In this document: positions 11,701 through 21,967 of the stretch, one piece after another
Layout: each line of letters opens with the position of its first letter
Numbering within the stretch: the first letter of the stretch is position 1
Source: Epithemia pelagica
Lineage: Eukaryota > Protista > Bacillariophyta
Assembly: GCA_946965045.2 (NCBI GenBank)
Contig: OX337239.1
Span: 1-64,000 of the forward strand
Length of the DNA stretch: 64,000 bases
Reading direction: 5' to 3'
Translations under genes and position numbers: made by a program
Notes under the pieces: model-generated
What the model was told of the DNA's origin: nothing
Database searches by the model: none
Seen by the model: the letters and a program-made list of their open reading frames with translations, nothing else

Positions 11701-12620
11701 CCATCCCCTGTTGCATGTGTTTTGTCCATATAACAGACAAGACCAACCACGAAGGCATCTGGATCATCTCTATATTTTTCCACTGTTTTCCGAAATACTT
11801 CTCCGTCTTGTATATTTTGGATATGCTTGTTTGGAACATATGGACGATACGGATCGTCATCATCGAGGATCGTATTTTCTTTCTTGGTTGCATCGGGATC
11901 TTGTAATACACGCTGTAGTTGACTGATCAAATCAAATACTGGTGTTGTTATTGATTTCTCACTCTCTGGTACAACCACACCCTGTTTTTGGGTGAATTCC
12001 ATTGGTACCGGGAAAAATTTGGCCTTGGGATAATTGAAACCTTTGGAAGAAAACTTTTCGATGAACGTTTTCCTCTTTGAATGGTTGTCCAGGAAGAACC
12101 CAGGACCGCATCTTGAGTATGTGTCACTCGACCATGCCAGGATCGAATTGTACAAATATTTGGGGCAACCAGCTTTCCGAAGTAACATCATAAGTGAGAC
12201 CAAGGCTGCATCGTGTTTATGAAGTTTCAATTGCTTCCCATCTCTATCGAGGAACGCAGGAAAATCAACCGGGCACTCCTTGCTGTTGCGCAGAATAATA
12301 TTATCTGTATCACCAGGTACATAGTATGCTTTTGGTGGGTCAGCATGCGGAATAGTGGTTTCATCGTCCATGATATCAATATTCATTGGATCAGCATTCA
12401 TATTACTGGCACAATCATTGTTGTCATCGCCAACATTTGGCCATTTCCTTTGGGTGTTCATTTTCAATTCACAAACTGTTTCGTGACGGCTGATTCCTCT
12501 TGCATCGAAACGTGATTGACAGAAACGACACACTTGAAAGGATATGAAGGACTCCTCTTGTTGGCTTGTATTTGAGCATCTCTTTCGCGACTTCTTTTTT
12601 ACTTTACGACGCTGGCCCAT
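8763..12620 (-). CDS. Plavaka-like (CACTA/CMC-related) transposase, 1285 aa
   Basis: N-terminal CRFC..H..C finger; YMDKTH...SEPV, RNYHAQL, VKGDGKSQD..AGRY..CC, and PKFHNLIHIIQQIQNFGP...ESEESNHKEIVK, a motif series I associate with Plavaka transposases. Confidence 0.72.
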   Translation of the reverse strand: MGQRRKVKKKSRKRCSNTSQQEESFISFQVCRFCQSRFDARGISRHETVCELKMNTQRKWPNVGDDNNDCASNMNADPMNIDIMDDETTIPHADPPKAYYVPGDTDNIILRNSKECPVDFPAFLDRDGKQLKLHKHDAALVSLMMLLRKAGCPKYLYNSILAWSSDTYSRCGPGFFLDNHSKRKTFIEKFSSKGFNYPKAKFFPVPMEFTQKQGVVVPESEKSITTPVFDLISQLQRVLQDPDATKKENTILDDDDPYRPYVPNKHIQNIQDGEVFRKTVEKYRDDPDAFVVGLVCYMDKTHATGDGRYTSEPVVMVPSFLTETQMRKARRQIILGTITDMERKSSAAKHILDKGTPCRNYHAQLTKILEGLVSIQKQEGLWMKLRLHGIIKVVRLILPMIVVKGDGKSQDNLAGRYASHHPSVGRLSWCCNIKPRDSRYPWHECSYINAASTYKMCLNALGLNENREKLTEQDVDYQERDNDTFSTLTVPTCLSTSQVSQENSRDGGVNTLVSAAKTQLHDMGQYAVDLCFSKVYLGEGTNSEHGIFSASSCDVLHTLKSGIMRYIMIDFFTLMTKTERAMFDYVYNSIFRASRQTVFSYSSKLGYPGTSFSTGISNLSKVTANEWVGIMFASAALCATARGRLIFAKNMAKKWNKVVAEWKKRQAKQTSKTTNKTCQADLDQVQETSEPIADNEDDTPPDEEYERTRLDDDDSVDIDITAETVFDDDPVAYRSIWDVDEREPYIDFLHLFETLLCFNSWIRMDTFWETDPDSQEGQTTASKSLESVRILMDGIRRYAPRLDKKGKLMSNGWMIPKFHNLIHIIQQIQNFGPARLLDVESEESNHKEIVKLNAKTVQKRGKGIFESQLAENIWWMQSLEMLQEATGLEEDHVTFLQEGKSPYEIRRKKGSQNQLPTTSTSNSRGTVIVVSMTREKCLIPVPHTNVHTSGDNQDQSSDEIDKDLPSPLGMSIQVPGTTRKEQDGSNRNQTSSVHRRLTAAPHEEDVVSVNIEFHSKTNHDMTLPQFCNHFFRLHYKRFFHHIDGMSDDPTNETSTTLELFGSTELKFEDPRIGNIRAHPNYQSEGPWRDWVMAKVPKKKRKPLDEVYNQPLGEFDTILCQTICFIQIPITRTDHIQMQPSPVCQPSTSPEMTHVLLRTTYVRSTADIEKSSILFQKWRKRFDLHRIAEIVMVPLRNIVEVVGVVDENPEMIQDRDSIPTYFHSSLEKDLLQEDSRNLRNFSDNVWAIRNIKEWASEFNESARDNLEKRCNEMKERLKQSVSNSTS

Positions 12621-13184
12621 GATGGTACGATGCTGGTGGTTTTAGATTTTGGTTTGTAATGAAAAATGCTCTGTAATCGATTTCTGCAAATTGAGACATC
12701 GGTGGTCAATCTTGTGGCATATATCAGAATTTCTCCGCATTGGGTGGATCGGCCGACGTTGGTGCATAAAAGCGACTGAAAATCGCTTATGTACATGAAC
12801 GGATCATAATATTTTCAAACGGTCGTGTGTATTTACTTAATCCAATCCAGCCTGCCGGGTTAGATACCAACGGTGATAGCAGCGATTGGAATTCAAACAC
12901 TGTGTCAATGCCGAGGATACCGACACTGTCGACATTAGAAAGGAAATGACAATCATTCAAACCCATGCACCAATGTTCCATCTGACAAGTATGATGTACT
13001 TGAAACCACCTATGCTCATCTTCATACATTCTCTAAAGGACCATCGTTCAAACACGGAGTTTATGATTCAAACATGGAGCATTCCAGCGTTTGAATTTGA
13101 ATGGTTGTCCATCAGAGGTCTTGTTGTCACCCTGCTCTTGTTCACATCCTTGTCATAAATCAGACGAAGCATCCAAGATAAACG

Positions 13185-15177
13185 ATGGCAGGAGTCACCA
13201 CCAGAAATGCAGCTCCAACGAGGCGTCGACCCTTAGCAGTCCGAAATGCAAACTATGGAAGTAATCAGAAAGAGGTTGAACGACAACGAAGAAGCATCTT
13301 GGCAGCAGTGGCAACAAGAAATAAAGAGAATCTTCCTAACAAGGACGGGACAATTACAAACAAAGATGCTCTTATTGCAGCAGCCAATGGAGGTTTAGTA
13401 CTCCAAGAAGATAGTTCTGATGACGAGGAAGAAGAGGAACAGATCTCGATGAACAACGATCAAGCACAAGCACAAGAAGGCACAACTGTGGAAGGGAGTG
13501 GTAATCTTTTGGAGCAGGCAACAAATTCAGAAAGAGATGGAGCCGATGTGACTTCAGCAGATGATAGCAATAATGAACAGGGTGGGCTGAGAACACAACC
13601 ATCATCTGGTTTTGCGCAACCAACAAACACGGCAGTTAATAACATGGAGGAGGACGACGTCGGTGTAAATATTCTCACTGGACCTGAAATGCAACGAGCA
13701 TTGCAGAATATGAGCAATGGACCCAGTGAGTATGATGGAGATGATTTTGATCCTAATGAGAGACATTTTCCTGCTGGAGGACTTGTCAGTAAGTTGTTAG
13801 ATGCACAAAATAGAGGAGGACAATTTGTCGGTGAGACGGCTCTAATGACGGGGGTGTTTGTGGGTTGAATGCATCAGGTGATACCTTTGCTAACGACGTT
13901 TCTTCCCTTTCGGATATGTCGTCATCTTCATCATCTACTTTGCTAACAACAGGGCCTGATCAGGCGATGGAAACTCTTCTACAAGACGATATTCAAAATC
14001 AGTTGGCACAGGAAACACAGACAACAACAGTACACCATAATCAATCATCTTGCCCGACAAGTACGATTGTAACATCCACTACACACAAAGGTTCTGTCGA
14101 AAAGGACAAGAATAAGAAGCAAAAGCCGAAGAAAAAGCCTGAGGTGGTATCGGAGAAGTTCTTTGATACATTTGTTCGGAAGGTGGCATGGCGTTATGTC
14201 AAGTATTTCTCCATGTCCGAAGATACTAAGGCAGATCCGAATGGTCTTTGGGGGAAGTATGGCAAAACATATTTTACTGAGCACTATTTCAAAGGCAAAG
14301 GCATTACGGATGCAAAACAACAAGAGGAGTGGTGGATTGAACATTCACCTTATATGCTTGACAAGTTCCGAAGCAAACGATCAAATGTTCTGGCTTCCAT
14401 GCGAAAAGCATTTATAAGTAAGTGTCAATCGAAGAGTGAATGTGTTGGTTCATCATGTCGTCTTCTCATAAAGAGATGTGAGATAATTTGTTGCTGAATC
14501 TAGAACATGTGGGTCTTGATCTATGGCGTGACAGTAATTTCCAGCGGAGGTATCCATGCCTTTTGAACGACTGTGAAGACTTTGGGCCAATGCCTACCCT
14601 GGAAGAATTTCTGTTATTGAGAGGAGAGAAGTGTGACAACTATGCCTATTCATATCTCTTGCAATTGTTTGGTCCATGTGTCTATGGTGAGAATATGCAT
14701 AAAACCGTGATTGATTTCAATTTTGGTGACCACACTGAGCAGCAGGGAAAGGAACATTGCAAAAAGGCCTTGAAGTTATTCACTTCAAGTGACGAGGCAT
14801 TCATATTGACCATCCTTGTGGATTGCTGGGATGTGTGGACTCACATGGGCAAGACCACTTTCAAGGCGAAACTATTTGAATTAAATCCAAGGTGGTACAA
14901 TGAAAATGGTGTTGATCAAATGATTGATACATCCTCAGCAAGGTATCCTCGCTTCAAATATTCAGGCAGTTGGAACTCAAGTCGATGTATGAATGAGGAT
15001 GGTATGGACTATTTTGAGGATATGGAAGAGAAAATCGCTCGTGAAGACAGAGCAGGCGACCGCGGTATCTGGTTCATGATGTTTCTCAATGGGCAATATC
15101 GCTCTCGAATGGGGTATGCAGATGATGATGCTGTGACAAGGCCTTCTAAAAGGCCACGAAAACGGTCGTGGCAGTGA
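13185..15177 (+). CDS. Three-exon hypothetical protein, probable transposon accessory gene (exons 13185-13788, 13878-14417, 14504-15177)
   Basis: Two GTAAGT...AG introns (13789-13877 and 14418-14503), both phase 1, join three adjacent ORFs in frame. Acidic N-terminus; C-terminal TSSDEAFIL..W and GSW..EDGMDYF motifs. Confidence 0.7.
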
Positions 15178-15540
15178 TTGATCAGAGTGACAATTGGTTT
15201 CATTTCATATACTACTCCTATATAGCTACATGTATTGTGTTCCATTCATTCGCTGGTTGTTAGTGGGAGTGTGTGCATGGTGTTAGTTAAATGCACTGTG
15301 TTCAACTTGCTTGCACTTGATGCTGGAGTAATGCGCATGATGGTGATGTGACACAATCAAGGATGAGTGCATACATAGGAGGGTATGTGATGACTGTTGG
15401 TTCTTGACTGTGCATGAAGGTGGAGGGATGTGATGACTATTGGTTCTTGACTGTGCATGGTGTTGAAGTTGGTGAAATGTGGGTCATGCGCTTGCTGGTT
15501 CTGGAAAGCACATTTTTAGTAATAACGTGAGGAAGGGCCA

Positions 15541-15620
15541 TGCGCATGTTCTTGTAGGTGTGCGCATGTTCTTGTAGGTGTGCGCATGTTCTTGTAGGTG
15601 TGCGCATGTTCTTGTAGGTG
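15541..15620. repeat. Four perfect 20-bp tandem repeats TGCGCATGTTCTTGTAGGTG
   Basis: Read directly; ends 40 bp before the TTAGGG junction at 15661. Confidence 0.97.
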
Positions 15621-15666
15621 TGCGCGTGTCCTGCGCGCGGATGATTCTAGTAGGATGCGCTTAGGG

Positions 15667-15978
15667 GTGCTTTCTTATCGATAATTAAACCGCCATAAAC
15701 TGGCGTACCGTTCCTTCCTTAGATGCAAGGGACTGTTTTCTTGCAACAAGGAGTCGGTTGTCAGTTGCTGAGACACAGACTCCATGTTGATTTAGATGCC
15801 GCTGCATGGACCAAAGACTTTCTCCGAATGATTTCTTGCATATGCCGCATCCCATACCAAAGGGTGTCACAATGGTAGCATCTAAACATGACAAGCCAAT
15901 GCCCTGATCGGAACGGATCTTCTTCACAGGCCGTCTCCGGGATGGAGATGGCGTTCCAGGCCCATTGTTGGTAGCCAT
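15667..15978 (-). pseudogene. N-terminal fragment of a YR-RecQ family gene (family B)
   Basis: MATNNGPGTPSPSRRRP...VTPFGMGCGICKKSFGESLWSMQRHLNQHG is clearly homologous to the start of ORF 16466-20260; truncated next to the TTAGGG at 15661. Confidence 0.85.
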
Positions 15979-16100
15979 TGCTGGTTTCCTCGTGTGCATG
16001 GAACAGAGGAAGAGACATAACCAGCCGACTCTCAAGCAAAAGCAAGGATGGGCCTCTTTGCAAGAGTCATAATTCATGAAACAACAATGACCTTTTGTTG

Positions 16101-16471
16101 GGCCAATTGAGGTTTTCAGGTGAAGATGTTGGGCCTATTGAGGTTTTCAGGTGAAAATGTTTGGCGCGAAGGGGCACGCAGGCAAGCTTTTCGCGCCAAA
16201 AGAACGGGGGAACAACTAAGAGTGCGGTAATGGTTGGTAATGAATGAAATTCATGACTCATATTGAATATGAGTGCTTAGAAATTAGACTTGAGCGGGGC
16301 ATAGACATTCTGTGCTCATCTGCACAAGGGGCAGTGCTCTTTTGCAACAAAAGGCATATATATCAGTGCTCATATGCACAGATACTATAGCCCCTTGTGC
16401 TCATATGCACACGTTCAAATCCTACGGTGTCTAGTACTAAAGACACCCAAAAAAGGCAAATATCCTTAGGG
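16101..16471 (+). mobile_element. Family B terminus, copy 1 (GCTCATMTGCA iterons, CTACGG, hairpin GGTGTCT/AGACACC, CCTTAGGG)
   Basis: Near-identical to 22421-22761; identity ends at CCTTAGGG. Confidence 0.82.
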
Positions 16472-19400
16472 ACAATTTGACAACGAATGAGACTGGTACC
16501 CTGGTCTCTCATGATAATCGAGACACTTGTAGCAAATCCTGCCTTTGTAATGGTTAGTCAAGAAATCACTGAACCAACAGTCCCTTCGAAAATGGTCTCC
16601 CCCACAATTGAAACAACCCTTCGTCAAACAGGCATCACCTTGGCATTCTCTCCGACCACACACAAGACATCGTTCCTTCAAAGTCATTAAGACAAGCATA
16701 GCATCATTTACTTGCGTAGTACAAATCTCTTCCTTTTGTTTGGCTTGGCTTCCAACTACTTTTACAGGGATCATTTTTTGCCTTCCAATACATACATCAC
16801 ATACGTTGCACTGTTCGTACGTCGAGCCAAATTTGCCAGCCAAAGATACAACCCGACACTTCCCTCTCTCAGTATCCCAGTCCACAAGACCTTTTATGGT
16901 TCCAATTTGCATGTAATCTTGTTCGTTACTGGTATCAATAACACCAAGCTCTCTCAACCGATGGAAGTTCATCATATCCTCCTTCTCCATTGCCGCTTGT
17001 CGTGTTGATGATAATTTGTTTGCAAATATCACAAAGGATGAAGTCCCAGTACGTTGTTTGGGACGAAGTCTTCCCAGTGCTTGAACCACAGACATCAAGG
17101 AAAACAAATGGCCAACCACGACCACACAATGGCACTTTGGATTCTCGTTGCCCACCAATGCCACTGTTGAAGAAACTAGAATTGATATGGCTGAAGCCGA
17201 CCATCTCTTGGCAATATCACGTTGCTTGCTCGTTGTTGTCTCCGATGTTACGAACTCCACGGGACCAAGGGACATTTCTTCCAAACTTGCAACAACATCC
17301 ATCCCAAGCTGCTTAGAAGCAACAATGACATGAATCCCATGTCCCAATCGAGCAAAAGAGTTCATGGTGGATTGAATAAAATCTTTGAATTTGTAACGAA
17401 TAGCGACATCAACCACTACCGAGAACCGAAAACCAGATGGGAAGGAACCCAAAACCCTGTCGGAGTGCGAGATTGTCATGTCATCCAAGGTCCCCTTAGA
17501 TAAGGCCAAATATTTCATTAATGGGGGAAGAAATCTCCGTGGCAAAGAACCACTCAAGGTCATAATGGGCACTTCATATTTTGCCAACCGAGGCAAACAT
17601 TCCAATCGTGTACGAAACCCAATTTCTGAGTAAATAGTGTGAATCTCATCCACAATGATCCTTCCCAGCTTTCCCGCCGTCACCCACTCTTTTAGAATGA
17701 ACGAGTGATTTCGTTCCAACACCCAAATCGCATCCAAGCTCATGAAGACGACATCGGGAAGGTTCTTCATGTCAGAAATGACATCTGGTAATTCACCCAA
17801 TGAGAAATCAGATGCTGTCAAAGTCACTGATCTGACATCAACTTTAGTCTGTTTCGCTGTAGATATCATACTCTCGTCATGATATCCCGCCAGGAATTTA
17901 TAGGGAACAATGACTAGTGTTGTCTGTTGTTTGGTTCCATACAACCTCACCCCGGTTGTTGGCAAAATCCATGACATTGATTTACCCCCTCCACACGGCA
18001 AGCCAAAGTGACCATGTCTCTCATATTCCGAGCAAGTGTAGTGCAACATGTCCCGCTGCTGGTCGCAAGTGTAATTGGCAGCAGGCCCAAATAGTTTATG
18101 TAATGTGAGTAGTATCTGTTCGTCACTGAGTCCCTTCGCAATGACTGTCTCTTTCTGAACCAATTTTTCTCCCAAAGCCTTGTGGTATATCATGAACAAC
18201 TCCTCTTTCGTGTTTCCGGATAGAGATCCATAATGATCTCTATGGGTCCAATAACTATGACCCGACTGCTCTGCGACCATCTGAGTTGTATGCTGGTTAT
18301 GTATTGCTGTCTCATCCACCTGGGGAAAAAGTACATTGGACACAGATGTCCACAAATGCCTGATTTGTGTACAGTCCGGGCGATCCTCAAACCCAAAGAT
18401 GGTTGCCACAGCATCACCCATGTAGAATGCCCGATTATTTCTCACAGGAACAAGGCAACCAAGAGATTCATGGCAAAGTTCACATAGCACTCGAAAGACC
18501 ATGTATGCTCGACTCAAGGTCATGCAAAGTTTGTGCTCAATCAAATTTTTACCTTTGTGGTGAACACTGAACGCTTTTTCACTGTGTGAGTAGTAATACA
18601 CACAGCCTCCATGCCACCGCACGTCAGAAAACAGGCTACGAGAAATTTCAGTGTATCGCATGGACCCCAAACCTGTTCCATGAAATGCCAATTCCAAATA
18701 GGAGGCAAGGACATCAATGTCGCAGAGATCATAGTCGTCCTGAAGAACAATATCCTCTTGGGAGTAATTATTGTGACCCGATGCCAAAGTCATTGTTGTC
18801 TTGCCCATAGAACTCCAACACACGAACAGTGGATATCGTCGATTCAGTAGATTCACCCAACGATTACCCTTGATCACCTTGCAAAGTGAAGCAACCAACT
18901 TGTCAAAGATGATCGGAATGACGTTCGACCATTTTTGAAACTTGAACATAAAACCATCAACAAGTATATCGTAGTTGTCTTGAATGGACACTTTCCGTGA
19001 AGACGGTGTGAGCGACTCTCTCTCCCGCATACGCCGAATCGTACTTGCCAAAAAATTGACTGTGATGGAGTTTTGAACATTTTCCACCAGCCGAGAAGCT
19101 TTCTCATGGTAGCCCCGTCCCATGAAGTATATCATTGAGCAAATACTGGCCCGAAGCATGGCCAAAATGGCTGACAGCATTGTCGCAATGTAGGAGGGAC
19201 TCCAAACAGAAAGTGTCTCTGAACCTTCTTGCCCCCGGACAACTCTCCCCGCGCAGTAGGTCATGACTGTGGTATGATGCTGAACAGAATCCACTGTTTC
19301 TAAACACAGCTTTGCCAGTAAAGAGGGAATATCTCTAGTGAGTGGCAGAAGTTTGTGGTTGCTTTGACACAGGAACGAGAGCAATTTCTTGAACTCGGGG

Positions 19401-20260
19401 AGAAGTCTTTTGGGGTACGCAGTGAAGGTGAAAGTAGAAATCGCATTGGGAGTTCTTGCTCCATCAAAGACCAACAGCCTTGATCGGTAATTTGCTGGAA
19501 CCATCTGGACATGGAGGGCAGCCTGTGCTGTGAGCCAGTTTTCTCCTTGATGGTACAACAAATCAAAGAGTGGTTGATTGTCGATGATGTGTTTCAAGTT
19601 GATGGAGTCATATAAGAAATGCACTCGTTCCTTGAATGACCTTCCCTTGGGCCTGGATGGGTAAGGTTCGTCTTGGGCCAAGGGATGGAAAAGGGGTACG
19701 AAACACCCCATCATATCGGGGAGTACATGAAGAGTTGCTTGTAGTTGTGTGCTTGTTTTGAGTGAAGGGGCTTCTTGACAGGAATACTTGATCTGTAATG
19801 CCTTGAGGGAAATCATACGGCCACAGGTACTGATTTGTAGTTCCTCTTCTGTAGGGGAGGGAGCACCGCAGGTACGACCCGAGGACAAATGTCTGTACAC
19901 ATTTTGAAGTTTCAAGCTCCCAACAAGACAATGACATGAATAGCCCTTGACCTTTTCCCCCGTCATATATTCAGAGACACTTGAAATGTCTTGCATAACA
20001 CTTTGAGGGAGGGTCATTTGATGTTCTATCAGTGACTGGCTTTCAGAACGTGAGACAGACACACCATGGCCATTAAGGTGCCTTTGCATGGACCATAGAC
20101 TGGTTCCGAACGGTTTCCCACATAGGCGACACCCCATACCAAAGGGGGTCACTAGCGTGACATCGACAGCCTGTAGTTTGTTCTCTTCCTTTTTTTTCTT
20201 CGTTGGTCTCCTCCTTGATGGAGAAGGAGTCCCTGGCCCATTATTAGAGGGGGAAGCCAT
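16466..20260 (-). CDS. Zn finger-tyrosine recombinase-RecQ helicase-Zn knuckle fusion protein (family C), 1264 aa, C-terminus clipped by a junction
   Basis: CRLC..H..H finger; YR-like MRYTEI, QIRHLW and SGHSYWTHRDHY; helicase PCGGGKS, VPYKFL, VDEIH, LSGS and QALGRLRP; RQC CRV..CNVCDVC; CxxC knuckles. The stop codon is the TAA of the junction CCCTAA. Confidence 0.88.
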   Translation of the reverse strand: MASPSNNGPGTPSPSRRRPTKKKKEENKLQAVDVTLVTPFGMGCRLCGKPFGTSLWSMQRHLNGHGVSVSRSESQSLIEHQMTLPQSVMQDISSVSEYMTGEKVKGYSCHCLVGSLKLQNVYRHLSSGRTCGAPSPTEEELQISTCGRMISLKALQIKYSCQEAPSLKTSTQLQATLHVLPDMMGCFVPLFHPLAQDEPYPSRPKGRSFKERVHFLYDSINLKHIIDNQPLFDLLYHQGENWLTAQAALHVQMVPANYRSRLLVFDGARTPNAISTFTFTAYPKRLLPEFKKLLSFLCQSNHKLLPLTRDIPSLLAKLCLETVDSVQHHTTVMTYCAGRVVRGQEGSETLSVWSPSYIATMLSAILAMLRASICSMIYFMGRGYHEKASRLVENVQNSITVNFLASTIRRMRERESLTPSSRKVSIQDNYDILVDGFMFKFQKWSNVIPIIFDKLVASLCKVIKGNRWVNLLNRRYPLFVCWSSMGKTTMTLASGHNNYSQEDIVLQDDYDLCDIDVLASYLELAFHGTGLGSMRYTEISRSLFSDVRWHGGCVYYYSHSEKAFSVHHKGKNLIEHKLCMTLSRAYMVFRVLCELCHESLGCLVPVRNNRAFYMGDAVATIFGFEDRPDCTQIRHLWTSVSNVLFPQVDETAIHNQHTTQMVAEQSGHSYWTHRDHYGSLSGNTKEELFMIYHKALGEKLVQKETVIAKGLSDEQILLTLHKLFGPAANYTCDQQRDMLHYTCSEYERHGHFGLPCGGGKSMSWILPTTGVRLYGTKQQTTLVIVPYKFLAGYHDESMISTAKQTKVDVRSVTLTASDFSLGELPDVISDMKNLPDVVFMSLDAIWVLERNHSFILKEWVTAGKLGRIIVDEIHTIYSEIGFRTRLECLPRLAKYEVPIMTLSGSLPRRFLPPLMKYLALSKGTLDDMTISHSDRVLGSFPSGFRFSVVVDVAIRYKFKDFIQSTMNSFARLGHGIHVIVASKQLGMDVVASLEEMSLGPVEFVTSETTTSKQRDIAKRWSASAISILVSSTVALVGNENPKCHCVVVVGHLFSLMSVVQALGRLRPKQRTGTSSFVIFANKLSSTRQAAMEKEDMMNFHRLRELGVIDTSNEQDYMQIGTIKGLVDWDTERGKCRVVSLAGKFGSTYEQCNVCDVCIGRQKMIPVKVVGSQAKQKEEICTTQVNDAMLVLMTLKERCLVCGRRECQGDACLTKGCFNCGGDHFRRDCWFSDFLTNHYKGRICYKCLDYHERPGYQSHSLSNCP

Positions 20261-20724
20261 TGTCGATAGAGGTTTTGCTGAGAGTGTTCAAGAGACATCT
20301 TTCATCGTTCATCAAAGAAAGGGAGTGATGACCCTTTGCAGAATTGCATTGGGCCCAATTTACTGAACGAATGATGGGTAGGTACAAAGACCTAGAGGCA
20401 TAAACTAGGAATGGTCAAAATGGGATTTTGATGAGACCTAGTGATGGGTGGAATGAGATTTTTCTGTGAAATGCAAGCGTCATTTGGCGGGAAAAAAGAT
20501 TGTACAAAAAAGTTAGTTGGTCATTTGTGTACAAATATATGTCACTCATACACACATATTAGCTGGTTTGTTGTAACAAGGAAATTTTGTACAGCAAACC
20601 AGAGGAAATTCAATCTTACGTTGATTCTTCTATGTAGAGTAGGGCAAGACAAAAACCTAACTGGCAGAGCTCTGAAAAGTATTTGGCCAGTATAGAGCAT
20701 ATTGAATATGACGGCTTTTCGGGA

Positions 20725-20911
20725 GTGGTCAAAGGGGCATAGACAAGGCCACTGCTCAATCGCAACAAAAGCATAACAAATTGCAGCTCATCCGCAACAA
20801 ATCCTTGCTCATATGCAACAGGCACTATAGGATTTTGTGCTCATATGCACACGTTCAAATTCTACGGTCTCTAGTACTAAAAGCTCCCAAAAAAGTGAAA
20901 TATCCTTAGGG
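20725..20911 (+). mobile_element. Family C terminus, copy 1 (four GCTCA-N2-YGCA iterons, CTACGG-N36-CCTTAGGG), upstream of the YR-RecQ gene
   Basis: Duplicated at 27385-27564; identity ends at CCTTAGGG. Confidence 0.82.
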
Positions 20912-21261
20912 TACAATGTTGTGAGACGGCGAGCTCGACATTTGTATTGTCCACTGAACCTGTTGATCTCCTTGTCTGGTTTGGCGAGTTCTTGGTTATC
21001 CGCCATAGTGCAATTTCCACAAAAGAAAAAACCACCACGGAAACGAGCAACTTGGCCTTGTCCGAAAACAGAACAAGGCTTGAATTCTTGATCTTTGAAG
21101 TTGTAACAAATCCGGGCAATTCTTTCGCCCTCGTTAAAGGCCTGTTCCACTGATACCCCTTTCTTCAGACGAGCGGCTCGTGTTTGTTGGTTGGGTGAGG
21201 GTGGGAGCAGCTGAATCTGCCAATCAGAACGACGAACAGGAGCAACATTCTTCGTAGCCAT
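20905..21261 (-). pseudogene. Truncated hypothetical Cys-containing ORF (segment D)
   Basis: ORF MATKNVAP... reads ...TTLYP into the junction CCTAAG and runs on into family C terminal sequence. Confidence 0.5.
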
Positions 21262-21869
21262 TGTAAACTACAGAGAAGGGACTTGCCAACGGGTCGGTCT
21301 GTATACAAAGATTGCTTCAGCAAGGGGATTATGTGTTATGTGGTGAGATGGAGGAGCAATCCATGATACATCGTCAATTTCGACAAGTTGGGGTCATCGG
21401 ATGCTCCTTTTGGAAGAGAGGCCCAAACGAGGTTTCCCAATTGAAATTAGTGAATGAACAACGATTGACCTGCGACTCGTGGGAAATGCTGTATTCAAGT
21501 ATGTTTAGAAATAAATGTTGGGTGGGGTGGGCGATCGAGTAGGCCGACTGACTGTGGAGGTTCGTCCTCATATTTTGCTGCGAGCGTGAAGGCCAGTTTT
21601 GGGAGCGAAAATGAGCATCGTTGGAGGTGCGCTGGTGCTGATGTAACTATACAGTGCAGTAGAATTGTTATTACTCTAACAGATTGGATAGTTACATCAG
21701 AGTGACAGGTTGAGCATTGCTGTCGATAAGGCATCCTAAGTTGGATCGGATGGTTTTGGTGAAAAATTGGATGCTCGGGTTCTTATATTTAATAAAAAAG
21801 ACTTCCAAAGGCTAGGCTCGCGCGTGGGTTGGGAGTCCAACAGCTCGTAATGATACCTAGCTGTACCTA

Positions 21870-21967
21870 TGGGAGCTCATATGCAAAATATGCAGCTCAA
21901 GTGCAACCTGTAGAAAGCTACGGGCTCTGGTACAAAAACTAGAATCTAGACCTAAATTTCCTTAGGG
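21870..21967 (+). mobile_element. Family D terminus (two GCTCA iterons, CTACGG-N36-CCTTAGGG)
   Basis: Same architecture and spacing as B and C despite different intervening sequence. Confidence 0.72.

Noticed and set aside
15651-15660. Right TIR matching CATCTAAGGAGG at 2964 to close a two-ended Plavaka element
   Set aside because: Only about 7 of 12 bases match and there is no target-site duplication.
16400-16471. Helitron interpretation of the hairpin plus CTAG near the termini
   Set aside because: No HUH Rep or Pif1 helicase is encoded, the hairpin is clear only in family B, and the ends are at CCTTAGGG rather than CTRR.
17494-17499. CCTTAG inside the family C gene as a junction
   Set aside because: The ORF and its alignment to helicase A run through it; chance coding match.
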